Positions 24,001 through 36,146 of a stretch of 64,000 nt of DNA are shown here, in pieces; position 1 is the stretch's first letter, and every line of letters starts with the position of its first letter. The stretch covers positions 4,588,001-4,652,000 of the forward strand of contig NC_047024.1 of assembly GCF_902652985.1 (NCBI RefSeq), in the 5' to 3' direction. The notes under the pieces are model-generated. The model was not told where the DNA came from, did not search any database, and saw only the letters and a list, made by a program, of their open reading frames with translations. The translations under genes were made by a program, and so were the position numbers. Source of the DNA: Pecten maximus. Taxonomy: Eukaryota.

Positions 24001-26994
24001 TCTACACAGGGATTTGAGTAAGAACACTTACATTGGATACAAACATCTACACAGGGATTTGAGTAAGACTTACATTGGATACAAACATCTACACAGGGAT
24101 TTGAGTAAGACTCACATTGGACACAAACATCTACACAGGGATTTGAGTAAGACTTACATTGGATACAAACATCTACACAGGGATTTGAGTAAGACTCACA
24201 TTGGACACAAACATCTACACAGGGATTTGAGTAAGACTTACATTGGACACAAACATCTACACAGGGATTTGAGTAAGAACACTTACATTGGACACAAACA
24301 CCTACACAGGGATTTTAGTAAGACTCACATTGGACACAAACATCTACAAAGGGATTTGAGTAAGACTTACATTGGACACAAACATCTACACAGGGATTTG
24401 AGTAAGACTCACATTGGACACAAACATCTACACAGGGATTTGAGTAAGAACACTTACATTGGATACAAACATCTACACAGGGATTTGAGTAAGACTTACA
24501 TTGGACACAAACAGAGTGTTGGTGACAGGTCCTTCGATGCCCAAGTTGTTGAGAACTTGCTGGCTTACACCCATGTTTCCTCCGCCACTCATATTTCCCA
24601 TCATGCCTCCACCCATGCTTCCCATCATTCCAGGGCCACTTCCCATCATGCCTGACCCCCCTCCTCCTCCTCCACCGCCACCTCCTCTAGCTGCTCCAAT
24701 CTGGTTCTGGTCGCTCTCTCGCTCCTGTGAAGTTAGACATAAATCACTCTCGTCAGACAGTTGGGTGTTACGTTTAATCAACTATACTAGTATAGATAAC
24801 CGTTATATTTTTTTTCATCATACAGTTGTTCTGTTAAATCAACTATAGATACTTATAGATAACCTTTTTTTTTTATATTTTATACATGTTACTTACTTCT
24901 CGTACAACTATGTTTCTGTCCTTTATCTTATCCCATCTTTTTTATCGACAGTGACTCACATGTTACTTACCTCTCGTACAACTATGTTTCTGTCCTTCAT
25001 CTTGTACCGGTGCATTACTTCTATGGCTTTCCTGGCTGTGTCTTTGTCCTTGAACTCGATGATACTATACAAATTTACACAAATTCTCTTTTACAATGGA
25101 TTTCTCCTTGTATAAATATTTCATTGAGTCCATGATGCCATTACAGTTGATTGCTAGTATGACGACAAAATTAAACAGTAATCTAAATTGCATAAAATGT
25201 GGCAGAGCCAGATATATATATGTTATCAATTATCCTTTTAAAACTTGCCTCTTTGGTCAGTCCCAAACATCTTTTGTCAGTTATAGAAAACTACCATTAC
25301 TCTGTTGAAGTACATCATATATTTGTGCCGACATAATTTCAATGACCAATCTGCCAGACACACTTCTTATTATGATACAAGCAATTTTAATTTATGTTAA
25401 TGCACAATTGTTTTAAGTCTGAAGAGAAATTGGCATTTATCTTGTTACTGTGAGCCAGGTTGTCAGAAATACCAAATGTACCAACCCTGCTCCTCTTGAC
25501 TTTCCATCGGGGTTCTCCCACATTTCAACATAGGACACTTCTCCAACTGAAATAGATATTTTCTTGATATAACCTGGTAATTGATGTTAGTTTTTAAGTT
25601 CATTGATATTTTGGTAATAGTTGAGACTAAATGGCAATAACAGATGTACAATAAACTTAAAAGTTAATTAGAAACCATTGTATTGTGTTAATGAGGAACA
25701 TTTTATTTCTCTTACTAAAATAGTATTAAGTTATAATTAATTCAAATTGCTTTCTGATTATAATCCCAGGTATGAACACAAAACAAGTTCTTTTCGTCAA
25801 TGAACTTTCCCACATACTATGATAGGAATAAAGTTATTGGGGTCACAATGCCTACACCTGACCAGCTCACATTTAGGAAGTAATATACATTTATATTCTG
25901 TAATTTCTCATTGGAAATGTTTATAACAACCTTCTTTTCTGAAGATGTCTTTGATGTCTTGCCATTTCATTTCATACGGAACATTGCTGATGATACATCG
26001 CTTGGAAATGAGATTAATGCGTCTAGGTCTGTCCCTGCTGTCTCTTCTTGGTGACCTTGACCCTGAGCGTCTAATTGGTGAACGTGACCTTGATCTTTCT
26101 GGTGACCTATAATATAGATCAACAGTTTAATGTCAATAATGGTTATGATACATATAATTATGTAGGACTGAATATTTCCGGAAAATTTTATATGATCTGC
26201 CTGGCAGATGATAGCATTAGGTATTACGATATAGTACCTTACACTTTACTAAATCTTATTCCAACATATGATGGGCATATAAAAACTATTCTCCTTGTCT
26301 ATCCGATGGGCATTTTAAAGTTTATTCAGCACATGATCACACTGTTATGTTAACATGTTGAGTATCTGGGTTGGCCCGCTTAATTAGAAATGTGCTGGGA
26401 TATTGCCTTAGTTACTGGTTTACCATTTACATGATTTAAGACCAAGGCCAAACAAATGCCATAACTATTAGTAGCATCTATATTGGTACCAATATTAATA
26501 TAACAAACATTTTTGCCAGAACACCCCCCCCCCCCCCCCCCAATAAATAGACATTAATTTAGACAATCCTATCCAATAGGAGGGGCATCTATTTAGAGGA
26601 TGTCATTAGTAGAAGTAGGTTATCTCCCTTCTTTCGTAAAAGCTGCAAGTACACCCACATCACATTTAAGTTCCTAGAAAACTGATTATGGAAGGGAATA
26701 AGGCATAATAGGACGGAATTATCAGAAACTTTTGTTCTCTTCTTTAAAGGCAAACCGTGTAATTTATGGATCTATAGGTGAATGCCACATCGAGATGACA
26801 TTCTTATTACACCAGGAAGAACAAAATCAAGGCAGGCATGCGGTACCTAACCCGACCGTTTCTCCCAACAAATTTAAGGATGAAGACGGCCATATTTGCA
26901 TGCAAAATAATACTAACCGTTCCGTATTTCCGCCATATCTATCATTTGGACTATTTTGTTCGTAATTGTCATGCTCATTAGATGACATATCCAT
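18044..26994 (-). CDS. MYEF2: Myelin expression factor 2 / hnRNP M-like protein (3 RRMs, RS-like N-terminus, Gly/Met-rich linker), about 603 aa; exons 26994-26918, 26106-25931, 25546-25486, 25064-24971, 24724-24500, 21427-21274, 20865-20761, 19821-19750, 19402-18765, 18563-18512, 18400-18302, 18102-18044
   Basis: RRM1 ISNVPYEMKWQDIKDIFRKEVGEVSYVE...GKSRGAGIIEF; RRM2 LFVSNLDYKVTWKKMKDVFKLAG...GKSRGIGTVVFE..MEALQAISMFNNQTLFDRPMRVKMD; RRM3 VKNLPWSLTWQSLRDKF...YAEIKMENGKSQGWGLVRF...DGREIDVKL; all exon phases are consistent. Probably co-orthologous to vertebrate MYEF2 and HNRNPM. Confidence 0.92.
18103..18301 (-). other. U12-type (minor spliceosome) GT-AG intron in RRM3
   Basis: 5' site GTATCCTT; branch TCCTTGAC about 10 nt upstream of the CAG; no polypyrimidine tract. 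Confidence 0.9.
19963..20585 (+). mobile_element. Non-autonomous Helentron-associated (HINE/DINE-1-like) element
   Basis: Starts AACAAG; subterminal GTCCCCTACCGG inverted with CCGGTAGGGGAC at the 3' end; internal repeat at about 180-bp spacing (near 20290 and 20470); (GGAC/AGAC)n microsatellite; terminal hairpin followed by an A-run. Confidence 0.75.
20866..21273 (-). other. U12-type (minor spliceosome) GT-AG intron in RRM2
   Basis: 5' site GTATCCTT; branch TCCTTAAT about 11 nt upstream of the AAG acceptor; purine-rich 3' end. Confidence 0.9.
21945..24512 (-). repeat. 42/45-bp minisatellite derived from the MYEF2 exon 5 donor junction, about 59 copies
   Basis: Minus-strand unit GTAAGTCTTACTCAAATCCCTGTGTAGATGTTTGTGTCCAAT repeats the real junction TTTGTGTCCAAT|GTAAGT at 24500/24499. 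Confidence 0.95.
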
Positions 26995-27110
26995 GCTGAT
27001 TTCTTTTGTGTGGCAGTTCTTTCAAGGCGATGGCGTCGGTCACGTGACTGTTAAAATTGGGTTGATGTAAATTGCGGATCGTAACTACCAAGAAAAGAAA
27101 TGAACGCATG
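26995..27110. promoter_or_regulatory. Probable bidirectional promoter between MYEF2 (-) and FDXACB1 (+)
   Basis: MYEF2 ATG at 26994; plus-strand donor CATG|GTAAGC at 27110/27111 (likely FDXACB1 leader exon); CpG-richer; palindromic E-box GTCACGTGAC at 27039-27048. Confidence 0.6.
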
Positions 27111-27639
27111 GTAAGCTAACACGTGTGTTTCACATGACGTTTTCTTGGGCTGAATCGTGCAGATTTAGTGTGTTTCGTGTTTCCTTGATATAATATATTG
27201 ATATGATTTCTTTCTGTGTGTGATTAATAAGGCCTTATATATATATATTTAAATCTGAAATACATCCAAAGCGGAGAATATGTTAGAGGCTATAGCCTGT
27301 TTCAATTTTGTGTTCAGAGCAAGTTCAAGAGTGATCTCCCTGGAATATTCATTTCCATATTTTTTTTCTTTTTTGAAATAATGAAAAAACACGAAAAAAG
27401 GTTTTGATGAACATTTCACCCATTTGATATATATTTATGGTCAGAAAAGTCTTTACAGATTGTCAAGGATTAATTTTTTTAATCTTCTTTGAAATAATGC
27501 ACTATTATCACACCATTTAAATTTGTCTTTAATTTAGTTTTTTTTTTAAATTTAATCAAACTCACAAAAAATAAACACCACAATAGCTGGTCTATGTTGA
27601 GAAAGGAGGAGGGCAGCACTTACTGACACTAACTAACCA

Positions 27640-28280
27640 TCTGCCACTTGAGAAGCGCTGCTGATAAGATATACTCATCATGCTTAAAAATTTGTCTTTC
27701 GCCGTGTATAATTAAACTTTTCACATTTCAAACTTCTTCTCAAGTTCCATCAGTGGGGTTCTGAAATGATCCTGATATGGTCCTGACCAAATGTTGTTAT
27801 TTTTTGGGGTTGGTCTGGCCACCATCTTGAAAACAGTACTTTTTAAACTTTTTCTCCAGTTCCATCAGCATCAAGTTGGAAATTGTTGGGATGTTGAAAA
27901 AGGTAATTAAAGCCAACAAGATGTTGTTATTTTTGGGTTGCTCAGTAGTCCAAGATGACGCCATGGCCAGCATACAGTATAATTTAAACAATCTTATTTG
28001 AATTGTTGTTTACCACTAATTACTGCTACTGAGTATATATTATAACATACTTACAATTTAATGTACTATATAGGATCCGTTTAAGTCAGATATGACCAAT
28101 GGCCTGTCGTGAATTTGTATGAGAGTTGTCTGTTCTTTACGTGGCGTTATCATGTTTGTTACGTTGTATTCTTATTTGTAACATTATATTTAAAATACAC
28201 AGTGAACAGTGCAGAAGCGTTTTTACAATCTTTACACAATGAAAGGTAAAAACTTCAACAAGACCCATGGGCCTCTTGTT
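27640..28280 (-). mobile_element. Degraded HINE-like interspersed repeat
   Basis: Minus-strand start AACAAGAGGCCCATGGG shared with the 30632 element; internal degenerate repeats. Boundaries approximate. Confidence 0.45.
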
Positions 28281-28355
28281 TTTGTAACTAGGCAGGGAGT
28301 TAAAAAAAAATCTCTGATTGTTGAAAAGATGATTACTATAGATAGAATAAAACAA

Positions 28356-28675
28356 TATTACATTTAGTGTGTATTATATATGTATTGTATATTACATTTT
28401 GTGTGCATAATTATATTTTTGTATGTACATGTATATTATTACATTGGGTGTGTTTTATATGTACATGTATTATTATATTTGGTGTGTATTATATATGTAT
28501 TGTATATTACATTTAGTGTGTATTATATATGTATTGTATATTACATTTTGTGTGCATAATTATATTTTTGTATGTAATATATTATCACATTGGGTGTGTT
28601 ATATATGTACATGTATTATTATATTTGGTGTGTATTATACGTTTTAATATACATTTTGTGTATACATGTATTATG
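28356..28675. repeat. Degenerate AT-rich tandem repeat (TATTACATTT/GTGTGTATTATATATG units)
   Basis: Visible short-period repetition just upstream of the FDXACB1 first coding exon. Confidence 0.7.
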
Positions 28676-28755
28676 TATTATTTCCCAGGTAGTTTTGAAA
28701 ATGAAATATAGCTAAACACATTGATTTTTTAAGGTATTCATAGACTGCCTTTGAA

Positions 28756-31700
28756 ATGGATGACAGTATCCATGGTGATGTGCTACTTGTAGGAGAAGGA
28801 GATTTCTCATTCTCTGTGTCATTGCTATCCCAATACTCAAACGAAACTCTCCGACGTGTGACCACCACTAGCTTAGAGTCTGAGGACTCCATAACCAAAC
28901 ACCAAGCATCAGGACAATGTATCCAACAACTTCGAAAACATGGTAAGTTGTTTAAGAGGTATACCAGTAATGATTAACAGTGGTAATTATTAGGGCACTA
29001 CATGGCTGGTGCCATATATAGTAATCATGGCCGTCCATCCATCTGTCCATTAGCACTTTCATTTCAGGAAACATATCTCAATCCAGATGGCCGAACTTTC
29101 TGAAACTTCACATCAGATGTTACGTTGAGTTGCGAGAATGTGTTTAAAATGTTTATATTAAGTCAAGGTCAAGACCACTGTATTTGAAATTAGACATTTG
29201 ATTATACTAAGAAATTTGTGTTGGAACTAATTCAACACATTGACAGACCAATCATACCGAGGGTATTTGAAATGCGGTATTGATGCGAATGAGTTCAGGA
29301 ATATTAATAATCTTAGTAAGCAATATCAGAAGTTAAATGCAAGTGAATCCCATGCAAGATGAACCTTAATGCCCCAAGTAAGAAGTTCAAAGGACAAGAA
29401 GATCAGGCCCAGAAAAAACGTTTTTCTTTGATGTAGGTCAAAATGTAGGTCAGTGGCCTACTTTTGGTACAAATGACACACCGATTCACCTAGACCCAGT
29501 TACAAGCAGTGAAGAGAGCCCACACAAACTTTTTCTTTGATGTAGGTCAAAGGTCAGAATGTAGGTCAGAGTTTTGCTGTGTTGCATATATGCTATAATT
29601 TATGTCGTCACAGATGGCTTACTACATGGTTGTCATTTTACTATCAATCAAATCACATACCTTTCTATTTAGTTATATCATGAGAAAGTTAGGAGGATGA
29701 AATGGAAGCAGGTTGTCTGTCTGCCTGCACTCACTCAGATATACTTGTGGGGTGAATTCACAATTCATTCTGTGCAAATATCTTCATTGCCTACAGGAGA
29801 TAAGATTGAATGTAAATTTGTGTTTTATCCCATAATTCATCATTAAACCTCTCTGCACATGTGCTTTTTTAGCAACAAAATGAATGGCAATAAAAGTGAA
29901 ATCCGTATCAAACCAAAACTTGTGTGTTGCATCACACAAGTTCACAGATAAAACACTATACCCAACAAGTCGATCTATCTGTACGACCGTCTATCCATCT
30001 TGTCCAGACAAACTGCTCTTCCAGATAATTTTCATTGAAAATTTGTGAATTGAACAGTACTAATTAAAACTGTTTTGTAGATATAGCCAACACACACTGA
30101 AGTTGTGTATCTAGACCTTACTTTGATCTGCCTATTTTTATTGAAGTTATGTCATTTTTACTATAATTGTAGATTGAATTAATCTTAGTTGTCCAGATAA
30201 CTTCAGGTTTTCATTGGAACATTCTTTTTGAAACTTCACTGACTGTGTGTCTGCTGATCACTGCAGTTTCTTTCCACTGTGTGCACCTGTTCTTACCCGA
30301 TTATCTTCAATTTTCAGGTCTTACAGTGCTATTCCAAGTCGATGCTACTAAGCTCCATGAAAACATTCATTTAAAAAGCAAGGGATTTGACAGAATCATT
30401 TTCAATTTTCCCCATGTGGGTGGGAAATCCAACATAAAGAAAAACAGAAAGCTACTTGAGGACTTCTTTCTGAGGTAACATACTACATACAACTTTTGTG
30501 ATACATTTATCCACTAATTCACAAGGATAATGTACTTGTGACTTTGACCTTACTGCACCTGGTTTCATCAACGTTCCTTAAGAAATTCATTAACTTAAAT
30601 TGTCCATAGGAAAGCATTATTGGATTTTAGAAACAAGAGGCCCTTGGACCTAAACGGTCATCTGACGAATACTTACAGCAGGGACACACCCTCAATCAGA
30701 AGGGCTCAATCCAGCGTCCTTACCATAAATTGTCTATTCACAGACAATAATGTTTCAGATCAAATTCGGTCTTTATTCATTTTGGCTTGAAAGAGGAGTA
30801 GCATCTTAAAGCTAAACATCCAAGTTATTGTTTTTGGGCCTTACCCTTCTGTCCCCAGGGGTTGGACAAGCCTCATTTATATAAATTTTAATTGCCCTCC
30901 CCTAATGATGTTTCCGACTAAATTTGGATGTAGTCAATGAAGGCATTTAAGGCGAAGTAGCATTTTAAAGCAAATATTCCCCAAAGTTCCCCTTTTGGGG
31001 CCCCTCAACTCTTGTCTCCAGGGGTCCAACCTACCTTATTTTTATAAATTATGATTGCTATCGCCAAATGATGTTTCAAAACAAATTTGGCTGTAATCCA
31101 ACCAACTGTAAAATGATTCATTGTATATTATATAATTTTTTTTTTACATATTTTTGTTAGTGCTTCCAATGTACTGAAAGAAAATGGTAAAATTTTGGTG
31201 ACCTTATGCAAAGGTCAAGGAGGGTCACCAGCTGATAAACCAATGAGAGCTTGGCAGAACAGTTGGCAAGTGGTTTCCATGGCAGCCAATACTGGGTTCA
31301 TTCTCAGGAGAGCCGTACCCTTTCAGACTGACAGCTATGAACAGTACAATAGTACTGGATTCAGGTATGTAAATCCGTCAGTGTGATATAACACTTTGAT
31401 AGAAGCCAGAGATTACAGAATTTGGAGACTGAATTAAACTAGTTTCCAATAATGCTTTTCCTAACATAAAACAAAGTTACATTAGGATGGTGCATGCTTG
31501 TCAATTAATCTGACTTGTAACATGTAACTTAAACTTACACCGACACCTGCACGTTAAGCAAGCATGGACATACAAACTCTGAAATTACAATCAGATTAAT
31601 TTTGTTGTCAGTTTAAAAGTTTGAAGGTCAAAGCCAAAATCAGTATCGTTAGACTGAATTAGACTTCTTGTTTACCAATGATTTATCTGGTAATTAGGAA

Positions 31701-34091
31701 ATGTATTTCTTAGGATCATGAAAGATTATTGAAGAAAATGAATATGTAATAATTACTTGCTTCTTATTTTGTTATCCTTTCTACAAATATATTAGGAACT
31801 ACTAACTTATAATAACTTTATTTACAGAAGTCAGGATAAAGGATTTCATACAGAAAGGGCAATAACCCATGTATTTGAGAAGGCAGAGGAAGTGCCCTGT
31901 TCCAGATAAAGTACCAATCAAGCATCATTTGTCTCTCAAAGTCAACAGGTAGATCATTTCACTTAACATAAATTTATTATTCAATGGCGAAAAGATGTTT
32001 AGTAATCAAGTACCAGTAAAATAATAAACCTTTCTGGCTGAATAAGATAAATTACCTGTACAAAATGTATGTATAATTTTATTGTTACTAATTTTATAAA
32101 TTAGAAAGCCAATATGACTCCCACACCCTAAATCACCTGAATGTGCTGAGTTGGGGTAGCGCTAGGATGGATGGGGAGGTAAAGATGTCAACTAAAACAA
32201 ATAAGATGGCCATTTTTGACCGACATGGGTGATTCTGTTTTGCAGGAGGCTGCATGAGGAGCCTGGTAACCCCGTGTTTGAGGTGAGAAAACAACTGGAG
32301 GAACGGCTTGTTACTGGTGATGGCTTCGTCAGACTGGTGAATGTTGGAACTCCTATCTTACAGCAACCATTGGAGAGGTCTGGAAAGCCGCTGAAGGCAT
32401 TAGCACGATGTACAGACACTTCATCAGTGAAGGCATTAGCACAGAGTACAGACACTTCATCAGCGAAGGCATTAGCACAGAGTACAGACACTTCATCAGT
32501 GAAGTCATTAGCACAGAGTACAGACACTTCATCAGTGAAGTCATTAGCACAACGTACAGACACTTTCTCAGTGAAGTCATTAGCACAGAGTACAGAAACT
32601 TCATCAGTGAAGTCATTAGCACAGAGTACAGAAACTTCATCAGTGAAGTCATTAGCACAGCACACCGACACTCTTCATATATCAGATTCAGATGTAGACA
32701 CTGGTACAGAGATTAATTCCAATGTAATGCTGGGCACACCTTCACACAACAAAACATTTATATACGATGACAACACAGGTGTAACACAGAATGACACACC
32801 TGAATGCCTCGACATTTCTGTACCCGACAAAAAATCTACAAGTGGTGATGCACTTCTATGCGACACATATTCAAATCAGTGTTACTATCTGGGTACCAGG
32901 AATCAACTGTCATGTTATGGTCCCATAGCTGAGGGTGCTAACTCAAGTACAAGGTCAAAGGTTACAGAGGGTGCTAACTCAAATACAAGGTCAAAGGTTA
33001 CAGAGGGTGCTAACTCAAGTACAAGGTCAGACATTACAGAAGGAGCTAACTCAAATACAAGGTCAAAGGTTACAGAGGGTGCTGACTCAGATACAAGGTC
33101 AAACGTTACAGAGGAAGCTAACTCAAGTACAAGGTCAAACCTTGGAGAGGATAGAGATGGCTATGCAGAGACAAGGAAAGAGCCGACAGAAACAGATATC
33201 CGTACAGAAGCCACACAATGGGATACAGATATCTCACCGGATGATGAACATCTGCGAATGTCAATGCTCGAACATTTAGATGACTTGATACATCATACAA
33301 ATAGTAATCCAAAACAAATTGCCATAGCAACAGGAGATGTGTATAGACGTTGCCAGGTCAGTCCCAACATACAGCCATGGGGAGTAGAAATGATATGTGT
33401 TTTACCAGAAATTTCTTTAGAGGAAGATAAACAAGAAGAAAATATGGAGTGTGCTAAACAACTGTGTACCAAAGTAAACTCAGCACTTGGATCATGTGGG
33501 AAAATTCAGCTAGAACAAACAGGAAAACTGAATTTATTATCTACAGGTGTATGTTCACTTGGCACAATAAATATGTGTATCCATGGTGATGATGGATGTA
33601 AAACCATTGGCTCAGTAATGGTGTATTGTCCTGAAGATAAACCACGACGACCTATTCTGGTGTTTGATGTTGTCAAACTGTCTATGTGTATGTATCAGAT
33701 TCCACACGAGACTCTGCTCTGGTCTACTGACAGAAGAGTCACTCAACAGTTCAGAAGGAAAGATGGTGACTGGCCAATGTTTAAAACTGTTAGTTTATAC
33801 CCAATTTCTTTTACTTTTGACATGAGTTTCTGGGAGAAACCCGAGGGAGCCTTCGACACCCTGCTATACAACGACATCATAAGGAGTGTTGCGGGTGAGG
33901 AGATATCTTCAGTAGAATTGTTAGAAATGTACAAAGACATACAGACAGACAGGCCTACTCGATGTCGTAGTCGGTGTTACAGACTTATCTTCCTGTCACA
34001 TGATCGAGTATTGTCTTATAACACCTGCTGGCAGTTACAGAGCAGGATACGCCTGGAGGTGGCCCAAATTATGGGCGTGGAGTTAAGATAG
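28756..34091 (+). CDS. FDXACB1: Ferredoxin-fold anticodon-binding domain-containing protein 1 (BMT5-like/DUF2431 methyltransferase-like N-terminus, FDX-ACB C-terminus); exons 28756-28942, 30318-30474, 31161-31364, 31828-31948, 32246-34091; apparent +1 frameshift in exon 4
   Basis: Motifs [45 protein letters not shown]...[24 protein letters not shown], and C-terminal [14 protein letters not shown]...SRCYRLIF...GVELR*. Confidence 0.9.
30632..31110 (+). mobile_element. Truncated HINE-like interspersed repeat in FDXACB1 intron 2
   Basis: Starts AACAAGAGGCCC; internal degenerate tandem units of about 170 bp (TTTTGGGCC...CCCCAGGGG...TTTATATAAAT...ATGATGTTTC). End approximate. Confidence 0.55.
32393..32671 (+). 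repeat. Coding 36-bp tandem repeat ([12 protein letters not shown] x about 7.7) in FDXACB1 exon 5
   Basis: Visible in DNA and in ORF 32229..34091. Confidence 0.95.
32931..33143 (+). repeat. Coding 36-bp tandem repeat ([12 protein letters not shown] x about 6) in FDXACB1 exon 5
   Basis: Visible in DNA and in ORF 32229..34091. Confidence 0.95.
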
Positions 34092-34620
34092 GGACAGTAG
34101 TCACGGTTACTGGAGGTGGCCCAAATCATGGGTGTGGAGTTAAGATAGGGGCACTAGTCACGGTTACTGGAGGTGGCCCAAATCATGGGGGTCGAGTTAA
34201 GATAGGGGCGGTAGTCATGGTTACTAGAGGTGGCCCAAATCATGGGAGTGGAGTAAAGATAGGGGCAGTAGTCACGGTTACTGGAGGTGGCCCAAATCAT
34301 GATCGTGGAGTTAAGATAGGGGCAGTAGTCACGGTTACTGGAGGTGGCCCAAATCATGGGCGTGGAGTAAAGATAGGGGCAGTAGTCACGGTTACTGGAG
34401 GTGGCCCAAATCATGGGAGTGGAGTTAAGATAGGGGCAGTAGTCACGGTTACTGGAGGTGGCCCAAATCATGGGTGTGGAGTTAAGATAGGGGCAGTAGT
34501 CACGGTTACTGGAGGTGGCCCAAATCATGGGTGTGGAGTTAAGATAGGGGCAGTAGTCACGGTTACTGGAGGTGGCCTAATTCATGGGTGTGGAGTTAAG
34601 ATAGGGGCAGTAGTCACGGT
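34053..34620 (+). repeat. 57-bp minisatellite made of the last 12 codons, stop codon and proximal 3' UTR of FDXACB1, about 10 copies
   Basis: Unit CTGGAGGTGGCCCAAATCATGGGTGTGGAGTTAAGATAGGGGCAGTAGTCACGGTTA encodes [12 protein letters not shown]. Confidence 0.95.
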
Positions 34621-34941
34621 TTGTTTACAGAGCAGGATATGACTGGAGGTTGTTACTTATATAGAATCATATCTGTGTTGAAGGGAGACTACTTACAATA
34701 TTAAATACTTTTCTATTTTGAAACAATAGTCATTGTTTTTCATATGGTCGTTTCCTTTTATATAACAATGTTACGGCATATTGTGTCTGAAATCAACTCA
34801 TATCTAGGAGAAATATATAAGAAAGTCTTAAGATTTTAATCTATCAAGTTTTATTATTGATAATGTAATCAGCTTATATTTAATGCTGAAAATGGAACTG
34901 GAGGTGGACAGATGAGCAATATTATTATGAATCAAGTCATT

Positions 34942-36146
34942 CTACCGAGTACTCAGTGATATTTATCTTCACTGAATACTCTGACATGGAATACTACCGA
35001 GTACTCGATGATATTTATCTTCATTGAATACTCTATTACAGTGAATACTACCGAGTACTCCGTGATATTTATCTTACTACCGAGTACTCGGTGATATTTA
35101 TCTTCACTGAATACTCTATAACATGGAATGCTACTGAGTACTCGGTGATATTTATCTTCACTGAATACTCTATAACAGTGAATACTAGCGAGTACTCGAT
35201 GATATTTATCTTACTACCGAGTACTCGGTGATATTTATCTTCACTGAATACTCTATAACATGGAATACTACCGAGTACTCAGTGATATTTATCTTCACTG
35301 AATACTCTATAACATGGAATGCTACCGAGTACTCAGTGATATTTATCTTCACTGAATACTCTATAACATGGAATGCTACCGAGTGCTCGGTGATATTTAT
35401 CTTCACTGAATACTCTATTACAGTGAATACTACCGAGTACTCAGTGATATTTATCTTCACTGAATACTCTATAACATGGAATACTACCGAGTACTCGGTG
35501 ATATTTATCTTCACAGAATACTATATAACATGGAATACTACCGAGTACTTGGTGATATTTATCTTCACTGAATACTCTATAACATGGAATACTACCGAGT
35601 ACTCGGTGATATTTATCTTCACTGAATACTCTATAACATGGAATACGACCGAGTACTCGGTGATATTTATCTTACTAGCGAGTACTCAGTGATATTTATC
35701 TTACTAGCGAGTACTTGGTGATATTTATCTTCACTGAATACTCTATAACATGGAATACTACAGAGTACTCGGTGATATTTATCTTACTAGCGAGTACTCT
35801 GTGATATTTATCTACACTGAATACTCTATAACATGGAATACTTCGAGTACTCGGTGATATTTATCTTACTAGCGAGTACTCGGTGATATTTATCTTACTA
35901 TCGAGTACTCGGTGATATTTATCTTACTACCGAGTACTCGGTGATATTTATCTTCACTGAATACTCTATAACAGTGAATACTACCGAGTACTCAGTGATA
36001 TTTATCTTCACTGAATACTCTATAACATGGAATACTACCGAGTACTCAGTGATATTTATCTTACTACCGAGTACTCAGTGATATTTATCTTACTAGCGAG
36101 TACTCGGTGATATTTATCTTCACTGAATACTCTATGACATGGAATA
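34942..36146. repeat. Compound minisatellite with 54-bp and 29-bp units sharing the palindrome ACCGAGTACTCGGT
   Basis: Units CTACCGAGTACTCGGTGATATTTATCTTCACTGAATACTCTATAACATGGAATA and CTACCGAGTACTCGGTGATATTTATCTTA are interspersed. Confidence 0.95.

Noticed and set aside
22253-24655. 465-469 aa repetitive ORFs (CKSYSNPCVDVC / HKHLHRDLSK)
   Set aside because: Open only because the units are 42/45 bp; they lie in a MYEF2 intron and derive from its donor junction.
34942-36146. CRISPR-like array with palindromic repeat
   Set aside because: No unique spacers, no cas genes, eukaryotic context; it is a tandem repeat.
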